From contig CAZXXS010000097.1 of the NCBI GenBank assembly GCA_964644845.1, positions 89,664 through 153,663 of the forward strand: 64,000 bases of DNA, given 5' to 3'. This DNA is from an uncultured Cytophagia bacterium (GTDB taxonomy: Bacteria > Zhuqueibacterota > Zhuqueibacteria > Oleimicrobiales > Geothermoviventaceae). The translations under genes and the position numbers were made by a program. Below are positions 30,455-39,956 of this stretch, in pieces. Each line of letters begins with the position of its first letter. The first letter of the stretch is position 1. The notes beneath the pieces were generated by a model. It was not told the DNA's origin. It did no database searches and was given only the letters and a program-made list of their open reading frames with translations.

Positions 30455-31972
30455 ATGCGGAATGTGCTGTTGGTAAGTTTTGCTCTGGCGCTTTGTGTTG
30501 CCGTGGCAGAAGGTCAGAACGTCAGGAGGGGAGTGCGGGTGTCGTACGTCATCACAGACGCGCAAATGCAGTTCGTGGATGAGCACTTCGATTTCGTGAT
30601 GACGCCCTTCTTGAGTCAAAAGGTTCGTTCCTCGTTCAAAAGGGCCCGGTTGTTTCTGTACCGCTCAATCCAGGGCACCTGGACGGGGTTCGATCAGTTT
30701 GACTGGAACCACATTAACGCGCACGAAACCATGTTTTGTCACACGGACAGCACTGTTCAGGACACGAGCACGCGCATTTTGACGATTTGGGATTCCTGGC
30801 TGATGGACGGCAACGATCTGGTGGCCAGGAGTGCGCCCGACGCCCTGGACCACTGGGTGAACTACTTTGCTGTGACGGCGGCCGAACAAGTGCACACGTA
30901 CGGCTACGACGGTCTCTACATCGACTCCGCAAGCCACATGCTCAGACCAAGTTGGCTTAAGAACGGAGTGTTGCCGTGGGACTACGATCCCGACACCTGG
31001 CGGGACGGACGCTACGCCGCTCTGAGCTTCATCAAATCGTATTTACCGGACAAGCGGGTCATCTTCAACGGGCTGCACTCGGACAACGGGGCGGATTCCA
31101 GCCTGACGCTCACGGACGGTGGCATGTGGGAAGACTTCGCGTACGACATCGAAACCGGGGCTTACAAAGGCGAGGGGAGCTGGTGGAGAGCCATTCAATG
31201 CATGCAAGCCAATCGGGACCGGGCCTACCTGGTGCTGGTGGTGAAGAAACCGGGCCTGATTTCCGACATCCAGGCCCGGATCTTTTCGGTAGCCAGTTAC
31301 CTGTTGATCAGCAATGCCAATGTTGTGCTGTCCCTTTCTGACTACGCACACAACACCTCCCTCCAGTACTACCCGGAGTTCGAAATACGCCTTGGGGAGC
31401 CCCTCGGTGACTTCAGCATGCGGGCTGATTCTCTGTTTGTTCGCGGGTTCGAGCGGGGCCTTGTGGTTGTCAATCCTTTCTCGTCTCGCTCTAAGCTCTT
31501 TCCTTTGGAAAAAGCGTACGACAAGGTTGTTCCTGTTGGGGGCGGTTTTGTGAGTCCAGACGGACAGTGCGACGGTAGACTCCGCTACGAGAAGGTTAGC
31601 GGCATGCTTACCCTACCTCCGGCCAGTGCCGTGATTCTCAAGGATCGAGGCGCAACCCGTGTTCGCGGGGCAGCTCAAGCACGCTCTCCACTTCAGGCGG
31701 AGCTTTGGCCAAATTACCCGAATCCCTTCAACGCGTCTACGCGGATTCAGTACACACTTGCTTACCCGGCTCACGTGGACCTGCGAATCGTAAATGCGCT
31801 CGGGCAGACGGTCCGGGTTCTTGTTAGCGGCAACGTGGTCGCGGGCGTCCACCGTGTACACTGGGACGGCACCAACGGGACCGGTGCTCTTGTTGAGTCC
31901 GGCGTGTACTTCTGTCGATTGAAGGTGGACGGCAAGAATCTGGGGACGCGCGCCCTGCTGTTGCTGAAGTGA
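30455..31972 (+). CDS. Putative glycoside-hydrolase-like TIM-barrel protein (GHL/GH114-like) with T9SS C-terminal sorting domain
   Basis: Signal peptide. Central region (GYDGLYIDSASHM, VIFNGLHSDNG) resembles GH-like TIM barrels but family assignment is uncertain. CTD NYPNPFNASTRIQY...IVNALGQTV...GVYFCRL. Confidence 0.45.
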   Translation: MRNVLLVSFALALCVAVAEGQNVRRGVRVSYVITDAQMQFVDEHFDFVMTPFLSQKVRSSFKRARLFLYRSIQGTWTGFDQFDWNHINAHETMFCHTDSTVQDTSTRILTIWDSWLMDGNDLVARSAPDALDHWVNYFAVTAAEQVHTYGYDGLYIDSASHMLRPSWLKNGVLPWDYDPDTWRDGRYAALSFIKSYLPDKRVIFNGLHSDNGADSSLTLTDGGMWEDFAYDIETGAYKGEGSWWRAIQCMQANRDRAYLVLVVKKPGLISDIQARIFSVASYLLISNANVVLSLSDYAHNTSLQYYPEFEIRLGEPLGDFSMRADSLFVRGFERGLVVVNPFSSRSKLFPLEKAYDKVVPVGGGFVSPDGQCDGRLRYEKVSGMLTLPPASAVILKDRGATRVRGAAQARSPLQAELWPNYPNPFNASTRIQYTLAYPAHVDLRIVNALGQTVRVLVSGNVVAGVHRVHWDGTNGTGALVESGVYFCRLKVDGKNLGTRALLLLK

Positions 31973-33299
31973 AACGGCGGCTCTTCCAGGGGGGCAATCG
32001 CCGCAGGGTCATCGCGAACGGTGTGGGGTTGGTTTGCTCTGTTGCCGGCTGAACTCCGTCGTTCCAGATTGCGGGCGCCTGTACGCAAGGGTGTTTTGTC
32101 GGTCGGGACACGCTGTGGGGACTCCAGCGGGCTCGGCTTCGGGGCGCGGCCGCATTCAGACGGCGGAGCCCAGGGTTGACCGGGCCCGCACGATTTGCGA
32201 AGCCGTTGTCCTCCGATCCCTTTTGGACCGCGATCGATTTCGATCGGGGCGGAAGCCAACCTCCCCGCTCTTGCTGCTTCTCCTCCAGCAGTAGCCTTTC
32301 CACCGCGAGTCTCGACAGCTGCCCATCAACACACGGCCAGCTCCGGGATTGTGAACGTACACGACTCGACTGCGGCTGACGTGTTGATCGTCCCCGGGAT
32401 TCAGGAGACGACCACGCGTGGTGGAAACCCGAGAACTCTCCAATTCCCACAGGGCCATGAAACCGTGCGCGGGCCCTATTTCGAGGCCACGACGAGTCGA
32501 AGGCTGTCCTGCGATTCCAGGGGCTTGGAGGGCACGGGACACAGGGACCTCGCAGCGCGATCCCTCTCCACGCGAGAGGTTGACTGGCCGTGCAGGCGAT
32601 GTCGGTCTCTCGGAAAGGGCTTAACCGTGTCTGCAGGACTTGCGTCCCCTGACCGTCCGATGTGCGAAGAAGGTTTTCCACGAAGGCCCCGACCCTTGCT
32701 GCTCTCCGAATCTTTCCTCCTGAATCCTTGGTGCACAAACGTACTCCCACAAGCGCGAAGCGGGGCCAGCTCGTCTCTGGCAGTGGAAATCTCTGGGCGG
32801 AGGCCTTAGGCAGGCCGTTTCGGCCTGTACGCCTGGCGGGATGTGGGAACGGAATCCGGGTGCTGTGCGTCGGTTCGCCGCTTGAAACAGGCCCTTCCCC
32901 GAGAGTTTCTTGCGTTCTGGCCCTGCCGGGATGACCGCGGTCTGGGGGCGCACGAGGCCTCGGGGGGTGTTGCCTTACCCCTCGGTGAGCCCCCTCAGCG
33001 GGTCGGGCCGACCTGTTGCCTGCACGACCTGCGAGAGACGGAAAAGCCTTGCCTCGCGGCGGAGGCCGGAGGTGGGTGCCCGAAGCCGTTCGAAAGCGGT
33101 GAAGCAGGCTTGCGTGCTGGTCAGGACTGCGTGCGGTCTGATGCTTCTCTGTTGCCTGCGCTTCAGCGCGGGGACCCGCTGGAAAAAATCGGGGCTCCGT
33201 TGCGCCTGTCCTTGACATTTTCGTTCGTCTTCCGCAACTTCCTGCCAAAGGTGGAAGCCCAGAAGTGGGGATGGTCCACAAACTGCGGAGGGTGAAGAA

Positions 33300-34601
33300 A
33301 TGAAACGGCGCGTTACCTTGCTCGCGGTTCTGTTTCTGGTTGCTGCCGTTGTTGCACTGGGTGCGCCTGAGCAACGGATGATCCGTGTAATCGTCACGCC
33401 GGACCGCCCGGACTGGACCTACCACGTCGGCGAAAAGCCGGTGTTTCTAATCCAGGTGCTCCGATTTGGAAATCCTCTCGTTGGTGCGCGAGTGCACGTC
33501 CGGATTGGACCCGAGAAAATGGATCCCGTGAAGGAGGTTGACCTTGTGTTGAGGGACGGGACGGGGAAAGTCGGCGGCGTGACGATGAAAGAGCCGGGTT
33601 TCCTGCGTTGCTGGGCCTCCGTGGAGGTGGAAGGACGCACGTACACCGGCCTGGGCACGGCCGGGTTGGATCCAGACAGAATCGAGCCCACAACGACGCT
33701 GCCCAAAGATTTCCGAGATTTTTGGGAAGCGGGCAAGAAAGATCTGGAGAAAATCCCGCTGGACGCCGAGATGACCTTGCTTCCCGACCGCTGTACATCC
33801 AAGGTGAACGTCTACCACGTGAGTTTCGCGAACGTCCCGGGTGGAGACAGCCGGATTTACGGCATCCTTTGTGTGCCCAAGCAGGCGGGCAAGTACCCGG
33901 CCATCCTGAAGGTCCCTGGAGCGGGAGTTCGGCCCTACTTCGGGCAGATTGCACTGGCAGAACGGGGCGTGATCACACTGGAAATCGGAATTCACGGCAT
34001 CCCGGTTACCTACGAACGGCGGCTTTACAACAATTTGCGTTGGGGAGCTCTGCAAGGGTACTGGTTCTACAATTTGGATGACCGCGATCGCTACTACTAC
34101 CGGCGGGTCTACCTCGGATGCGTGCGCGCTGTGGATTTCATTTTCTCTCTGCCGCAGTTCGACGGCGAGAGGCTGGCTGTGACCGGTGGGAGTCAAGGCG
34201 GTGCGTTGACGATCATCACGGCATCGCTGGACCCGCGAGTGAAATGGTTGGCGGCTTACTACCCGGCTCTGTGCGATCTGACAGGCTACCTGCACGGGCG
34301 GGCCGGCGGCTGGCCCCACATGTTCAACCAAGCCAATCGCACCTTCAACGTGAAGCCCGACAAAATTGAGACGTCGAAGTACTACGACGTGGTGAACTTT
34401 GCTCGTTTTGTGAACATCCCGGGGCGGTATGCCTGGGGCTTCAATGACACGACGTGCCCGCCGACGTCGATGTACGCGGCCTACAACGTGATCCCCGGGC
34501 CGAAGGAGCTGTGGCTCTACCTGGACACGGGGCACTGGACCTACCCGGAAGAGCGGAAACGGATGGAAGATTGGCTGATTCAGCAGGTTCTCGGCGAATG
34601 A
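33300..34601 (+). CDS. Carbohydrate esterase family 7 (acetyl xylan esterase/cephalosporin-C deacetylase-like) with signal peptide
   Basis: CE7 nucleophile motif GGSQGGALT. AXE1 N-terminal beta-sandwich region. Signal peptide MKRRVTLLAVLFLVAAVVALGA. Confidence 0.7.
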   Translation: MKRRVTLLAVLFLVAAVVALGAPEQRMIRVIVTPDRPDWTYHVGEKPVFLIQVLRFGNPLVGARVHVRIGPEKMDPVKEVDLVLRDGTGKVGGVTMKEPGFLRCWASVEVEGRTYTGLGTAGLDPDRIEPTTTLPKDFRDFWEAGKKDLEKIPLDAEMTLLPDRCTSKVNVYHVSFANVPGGDSRIYGILCVPKQAGKYPAILKVPGAGVRPYFGQIALAERGVITLEIGIHGIPVTYERRLYNNLRWGALQGYWFYNLDDRDRYYYRRVYLGCVRAVDFIFSLPQFDGERLAVTGGSQGGALTIITASLDPRVKWLAAYYPALCDLTGYLHGRAGGWPHMFNQANRTFNVKPDKIETSKYYDVVNFARFVNIPGRYAWGFNDTTCPPTSMYAAYNVIPGPKELWLYLDTGHWTYPEERKRMEDWLIQQVLGE

Positions 34602-35090
34602 TCCTGGGTGGACGAAGAGCTACGGCTCCGGAGTCGGGGGGCTGACCTCTCGTGCCAACCTGGGGCTTGCCACCGGGCGGATGGACTCGGTAGAGCAAAC
34701 GGTGCTGGGTAGGCTTGCAAGTCTCTTGTGGGGGCGATCCTGTGCGCAGGTACGAACACAGGGCGTTGTACCCGGGGATTTTGCGATTTTTTCGGCTGAA
34801 ATCGGGAGACGTCGGTTAGCACTGGCCAGATCGGAAACGAGGGGGCACAGAGACGCAGGTGCGGCTACGCGATTTGACGGACGGTGCTCAGGAGACGTTT
34901 TTGCCACGAGAAACGCAGGGGGGAGCCGCTCAGGGTGCCGTGACCTGGCAAATCGGCTGTGCCGACTACCCGGCACGAAGACCGGAGTCAAGCAACCGTT
35001 GCGAAACGCTCCGCGGCGCCCCTGCTTGGGCGCTTGGCGTGTGTTCTTCGCAGGAGTTCTGGAGATCGTCTTCTGTCTCGAGGTTGGGCC

Positions 35091-36164
35091 ATGAATGTAC
35101 CTCTTAGTGACCCGCGACCGGACGTTGGTTGGTTTCTGGACGTCGTGGCTGGTCGCAAACCCATTTCGGAGCGTCCACCGTTGGTGGAGTACATCGTCGA
35201 CGACGCCGTGATGCGACCCATCCTGGAGAATCTTGGTGTACGTTGGGTGTCGCACGGGGCGCCAGGGTACTGGGACAACTTCGTCGCGTTCTGGCAGCGG
35301 ATGGGCTACGACTTTGTTCGTTACGAAGTCAGCCCGCCGTACCCGACGAGAATTCGCGAGGGTGAGGATCCCAACGCGGCGGATGGACGCCGCCGCTGGG
35401 CCGAAACGGGCAAGGGGCCCATTCAGAATTGGGATGATTACGAGCGCTACCCCTGGCCGGATGTGCCGGACGCGCTGTTCAAACCGTTCGAAGCGATTGC
35501 GGCGCGTCTCCCCGAAGGCATGGGCTTGGTGGCTTGCCACGCTGCCGGTATTTTCGAGCACGTGAGCGAGCTGTTCGGCTACGAAACGCTCTGTTTGATG
35601 CTCTACGACGATCCGGCGCTGGTGGAGGCTGTGTGCGAAGCGGTTGGGTCCCGAATGGTTCGCTTCTACGAGAAGTTACTCCAACTCGATGCTCTGGTCG
35701 CCGTTTTTCAGGGGGACGACATGGGCCACCGCTCCGGTACGCTGATCAGCCCGGAGCACCTGAGACGATTTTTCCTGCCGTGGCACCGCAAATTCGCTGA
35801 AATGGCCCACGCCAGTGGACGCCCGTACTACCTGCACTCCTGTGGCAACGTGGTGCCCATCATGGACGACCTGATCGACAGCGTAGGCATCGACGCCAAA
35901 CACTCGTTTGAAGACGCCATTTTGCCGGCAGACGAATTTCATCGACGCTACCACAACCGTGTAGCGACCCTGGGCGGCGTGGACGTGAACGTGCTTGCCA
36001 ACGGAAGCGAGAAGGAGGTTCGCGAGACGGTGCGCCGGCTTGTGGACGCGTGTGCACCGCTGGGGCGATTCGCTTTGGGCTCGGGCAATTCGATTCCAAG
36101 CTACGTTCCAGTGCAAAACTACCTGGCCATGATCGACGAAGCGTTACGCCCTGTAGGAAGTTGA
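35091..36164 (+). CDS. Uroporphyrinogen decarboxylase (URO-D)-like family protein (MtaA/CmuA-like fold)
   Basis: Start moved to ATG 35091. The URO-D-like C-terminal half (HSCGNVVPIMDDLIDSVGIDAKHSFEDAI, ATLGGVDVNVLANGSEKEVRETVRRLVD, LGSGNSIP) resembles corrinoid-methyltransferase/URO-D TIM-barrel proteins. Not a bona fide HemE context. Confidence 0.6.
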   Translation: MNVPLSDPRPDVGWFLDVVAGRKPISERPPLVEYIVDDAVMRPILENLGVRWVSHGAPGYWDNFVAFWQRMGYDFVRYEVSPPYPTRIREGEDPNAADGRRRWAETGKGPIQNWDDYERYPWPDVPDALFKPFEAIAARLPEGMGLVACHAAGIFEHVSELFGYETLCLMLYDDPALVEAVCEAVGSRMVRFYEKLLQLDALVAVFQGDDMGHRSGTLISPEHLRRFFLPWHRKFAEMAHASGRPYYLHSCGNVVPIMDDLIDSVGIDAKHSFEDAILPADEFHRRYHNRVATLGGVDVNVLANGSEKEVRETVRRLVDACAPLGRFALGSGNSIPSYVPVQNYLAMIDEALRPVGS

Positions 36165-36685
36165 AGAACACTTGCCCCAGCGGACGGAACAGCGCGGGTC
36201 CCGGGGTAGAGGATGAGTGTCAAAGGGGGGGTCGCGCTGGTAGCGTGGCCACCGGTGACCACCAGTTCGGCTTTGCGCGCGGCGGCGTTTCCTGTTACTC
36301 CTGTGCGCGGACGCCGGGCTGTCTGCGATCGGTTCCGTTGGCGGGTTTGCGACGGGGAATTCGGCAGCCTTTGCCCCCGAGCGTTCCGAGCGGCATTTTG
36401 CCGCGGCGCGAGGGAGCCCACGAGACCGGCTGCATCCTTGTGTCCAAACACCGGGGCAAACTCGACGGGTTCTGTCGAGTTGTTGGGGACGCGAACTGGC
36501 TGCTGGTGGGTGCACCCCGGCTCTTCTCTGCGTGCGGTGCTTCACGCCAAGTATCCAAAGGTTCGGGGAGCGCGATGCGTTTGTTTCCTGATCTGACGGT
36601 TGTGAGAGCAGGGGCTGGAGCGATGCCGCGCTGATGTGGACGGCTGGTGTTTGGACACCGCTTGAAACAAACTGTGGAGACACCC

Positions 36686-38155
36686 GTGAATCGTCGGCGA
36701 TTTTTGCGCACCTCTGCCCTGGGAGTGGGCGCTTTGGCTGTCTCCGGTGCTCTTTCCTGCAGGACGAAAGGTCACACAAAGTCGAACGTGGTCTACATCC
36801 TGGCCGACGACCTGGGCTACGCTGAACTTGGCTGCTACGGCCAGGAAATCATTCGGACACCGAACCTGGACCGAATGGCTGCCGAGGGTGTCCGTTTCAC
36901 GCAGCACTACTCGGGCAGCCCCGTGTGCGCTCCCTCGCGCTGTGTGTTGCTGACGGGTAAACACACAGGTCACTCTTACATCCGCGATAACGGCCGCGCA
37001 CCTGGGCGCCCCTACGATCCGGACAGGGGGATTTTCCCGGGACAGAACCCCATTCCCGATGCGGTGTTTACCCTGGCCGAAGCGTTGAAACAGCGCGGGT
37101 ACGCCACAGCGTGCATTGGCAAGTGGGGTTTGGGCTACGAAGGCTCGACCGGCGACCCGAATCGCCAGGGATTTGATCTCTTTTTCGGCTACATCTGTCA
37201 GATCCACGCCCACAATCACTACCCTCGGTTCTTGTGGCGGAACGGACAAAAAGTCGAACTGGAGGGAAACACGGGAGGTTTGACTGGCAAGCACTACTCG
37301 ACTGATCTTTTCGCTGAAGAGGCCAAACGCTTCATCCGGGAAAACAAAGATCGACCCTTTTTCCTGTACCTGGCGTTCACAGCCCCGCACGTGTCCATCC
37401 AGGTGCCCGAAGCGACGCTGGAACTGTACAAGGGTAAGCTGCCGGAAACACCCTACAAACACCGGGGTCACTACTTGCGCCATCCGTACCCGCACGCCGG
37501 CTACGCCGCAATGGTTACCCACCTGGACATGCGGATTGGCGAAATTCTGCAACTGCTGAAGGAGCTGGGACTCGAGAAAAACACACTGGTGATGTTTTCG
37601 TCGGACAACGGCCCAACGTACGACCGTGTCGGCGGGGCCGATTCTAATTTCTTCCACAGCACGGGTCCCTTGCGTGGCCGTAAGGCCAGCGTGTACGAGG
37701 GCGGTGTCCGGGTTCCGTTCATCGCCTGGTGGCCGAGGGTGATCTCGGCCGGCCGAGTGTCGGAGCATGTCTCGGCCTTCTGGGATGTGTTTCCGACGAT
37801 CTGCGAAGTGACCGGCGCGCAGACTCCAAAGGGCCTCGACGGCCTCAGTTTTTTGCCCACGTTGCTCGGTCAAGGCCACCAGCCGCAGCACGAGGCCCTG
37901 TACTGGGAGTTTCGTTCTTACGGAGGGCAGCAGGCGCTTCGTTTCGGCGAGTGGAAGGCTGTGCGGACCGGTCTGCGACGTCCAGATTCGGACACGCGGA
38001 TTCAGCTCTACAACCTGGCCGAAGACGTGGGTGAGCGACAGAATGTGGCTGCCAAACACCCGGACCTCGTAGCTCGGGCAAGAGAATTGATGTTAGCCTC
38101 GCGCACGAGGTCGGAGCTGTTTCCCTTCCCGGAAATTTACCAAAGGGCGTGGTGA
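36686..38155 (+). CDS. Sulfatase (S1 family, Cys-type formylglycine motif CAPSR) with Tat signal
   Basis: Start set at GTG 36686 (SD tggaga), giving an N terminus xNRRRFLRTSALGVGALAV parallel to the two paralogs. YILADDLGYAELGCYG, CAPSRCVLLTGKH. Gly-rich C-terminal sulfatase motifs. Confidence 0.8.
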   Translation: MNRRRFLRTSALGVGALAVSGALSCRTKGHTKSNVVYILADDLGYAELGCYGQEIIRTPNLDRMAAEGVRFTQHYSGSPVCAPSRCVLLTGKHTGHSYIRDNGRAPGRPYDPDRGIFPGQNPIPDAVFTLAEALKQRGYATACIGKWGLGYEGSTGDPNRQGFDLFFGYICQIHAHNHYPRFLWRNGQKVELEGNTGGLTGKHYSTDLFAEEAKRFIRENKDRPFFLYLAFTAPHVSIQVPEATLELYKGKLPETPYKHRGHYLRHPYPHAGYAAMVTHLDMRIGEILQLLKELGLEKNTLVMFSSDNGPTYDRVGGADSNFFHSTGPLRGRKASVYEGGVRVPFIAWWPRVISAGRVSEHVSAFWDVFPTICEVTGAQTPKGLDGLSFLPTLLGQGHQPQHEALYWEFRSYGGQQALRFGEWKAVRTGLRRPDSDTRIQLYNLAEDVGERQNVAAKHPDLVARARELMLASRTRSELFPFPEIYQRAW

Positions 38156-38432
38156 GGACGAGCGCCGAAACTGTGCCGGGCCCAAGGGTGCTTGCCGGCC
38201 GCTGCTCTTACGCAGGGGGACGTCCGTCAGTCGTCACGGCTCGGGCTGTTTGTAATCAGGAGTGGCCTGGAAGGGGCCAGAGCGCGTTTTCAAGGGAACG
38301 GCGGTTGAGGATTTCGCAGGGCTGCCAGTGAGGGCCCTTAGGAAAAGCGTCGAGAGTGGAAACATCCTTCGGTTTCTGGGTTGCAAGGGGTAGGGCTGCG
38401 GTTGTCAGTTTCAAAGGATGTTGTCGATTTGA

Positions 38433-39866
38433 GTGAGGGATGCGGCCGTGGAACGTCGCGATTTCTTGCGGATCTCCGCTTTGGGACTGGGTTCTTTGGC
38501 GGTGTCGCCGCGGTGGCTCACGTCGGCGCCTCGCCGCCCCAATTTCCTGCTCATTTTGATTGACGACCTGGGCTGGAACAACGTCGGATTCATGGGCAGT
38601 CGTTTCTACGAGACGCCCAATCTGGACCGCCTGGCCCGAGACAGTGTGGTTTTCACGAACGCTTACGCGAACGCGCCCAACTGTGCACCGACGCGGGCCT
38701 GCCTTCTTACCGGACAGTACACCCCTCGACACGGGATTTACACAGTGGGCAATTCGGCGCGGGGCAAAGCTCGCTTTCGCAAGCTTATCCCGGTTCCGAA
38801 CCGGACCGTACTGCCCCGCAGTGAGGTCACTCTGGCAGAGGCGCTGAAACCGGCTGGCTACGTCAGTGCGTCCATCGGTAAATGGCATCTCGGGCGAGAT
38901 CCCGAGTCGGGTCCGGTGAGCCAGGGATTCGATCTTAACGTGGGCGGCTACGACAAAGGCCATCCGGTGAGCTACTTCAGTCCCTACCACAATCCGTTCC
39001 TTTCCGACGGCCCAGAAGGTGAGTACCTCACTGACCGCCTCACCGACGAAGCCATCACTTTCTTGCGGAAGAATCGGAGCCGACCGTTTTTTCTGTATTT
39101 TCCGACTTACGCTGTGCACACACCGTTGCAAGCGCCAGCCGAGTTGGTAGCCAAATACCGGCGCAAGAAGCCCGATGGGGGACAGGCCAATCCGGCCCAC
39201 GGTGCCATGATGGAGAACGTCGATTGGAACGTGGGCCGCCTGCTCAACGCTTTGGACGACCTCGGTCTGGCGAAGAACACGGTGACCTTTTTCCTCTCGG
39301 ACAACGGCGGTGTGAAGGGCATTACTTCGATGGCGCCGTTGCGCGGTGGAAAAGGCATGCTGTACGAGGGCGGGATCCGCATACCGGCTTTCATCCACTG
39401 GCCTGGCGTTACCGACGGCGGTCGGGAGTGTTCGGAACCGATCTTGGGGATGGATGTTTATCCGACGATTCTGGAAATGGCCGGTGTTGCACCCCCTCGG
39501 AAGCACGTGATCGACGGCGTAAGTCTTGTGCCCCTGCTTCGGGGTGAGCGGACGCTCCGAAGGGAAGCCATTTTCTGGCACTTTCCTGCCTACCTGCAGG
39601 CTGCTTTCGACATGAGTGAAGCACGTGACCCGTACTTTCGTACGCGTCCGTGCAGCGTCATCCGCGCTGGCGATTGGAAACTCATCGAGTACTTCGAAGA
39701 TGATGCCCTCGAGCTCTACAACCTCAGCGAGGACATCGGTGAGAAGACGAATCTGGCCGCAAAACTGCCTGGCAAAACGCGTGAGTTGCACGAGCGCCTT
39801 GTAGCCTGGCGCCGGGAAATCGGTGCGCCGATTCCGACGCAGCGTAATCCGACGTACCGGCCGTGA
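38433..39866 (+). CDS. Sulfatase (S1 family, Cys-type motif CAPTR) with Tat signal
   Basis: MRDAAVERRDFLRISALGLGSLAV; LILIDDLGWNNVGFMG; CAPTRACLLTGQY; GKWHLG. Confidence 0.85.
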   Translation: MRDAAVERRDFLRISALGLGSLAVSPRWLTSAPRRPNFLLILIDDLGWNNVGFMGSRFYETPNLDRLARDSVVFTNAYANAPNCAPTRACLLTGQYTPRHGIYTVGNSARGKARFRKLIPVPNRTVLPRSEVTLAEALKPAGYVSASIGKWHLGRDPESGPVSQGFDLNVGGYDKGHPVSYFSPYHNPFLSDGPEGEYLTDRLTDEAITFLRKNRSRPFFLYFPTYAVHTPLQAPAELVAKYRRKKPDGGQANPAHGAMMENVDWNVGRLLNALDDLGLAKNTVTFFLSDNGGVKGITSMAPLRGGKGMLYEGGIRIPAFIHWPGVTDGGRECSEPILGMDVYPTILEMAGVAPPRKHVIDGVSLVPLLRGERTLRREAIFWHFPAYLQAAFDMSEARDPYFRTRPCSVIRAGDWKLIEYFEDDALELYNLSEDIGEKTNLAAKLPGKTRELHERLVAWRREIGAPIPTQRNPTYRP

Positions 39867-39956
39867 GCCCGCAAGGGGAGCATCTACGGTCGAGATCGAG
39901 TCGGGAGTGAAGCGGCAAGGGTTCTCCGGTTAGTTTTACCACGAGGGAGGCGAGTC

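Noticed and set aside
38256-39791. 511-aa minus-strand ORF overlapping the second sulfatase
   Set aside because: It is antisense to a clearly conserved sulfatase (CAPTR, GKWHLG motifs) and has no motifs of its own, so it is a high-GC artefact. The same reasoning applies to the other long antisense ORFs: 16134-17852, 31824-33425, 33447-34535, 36542-38059, 51238-52632 and 12801-13607.
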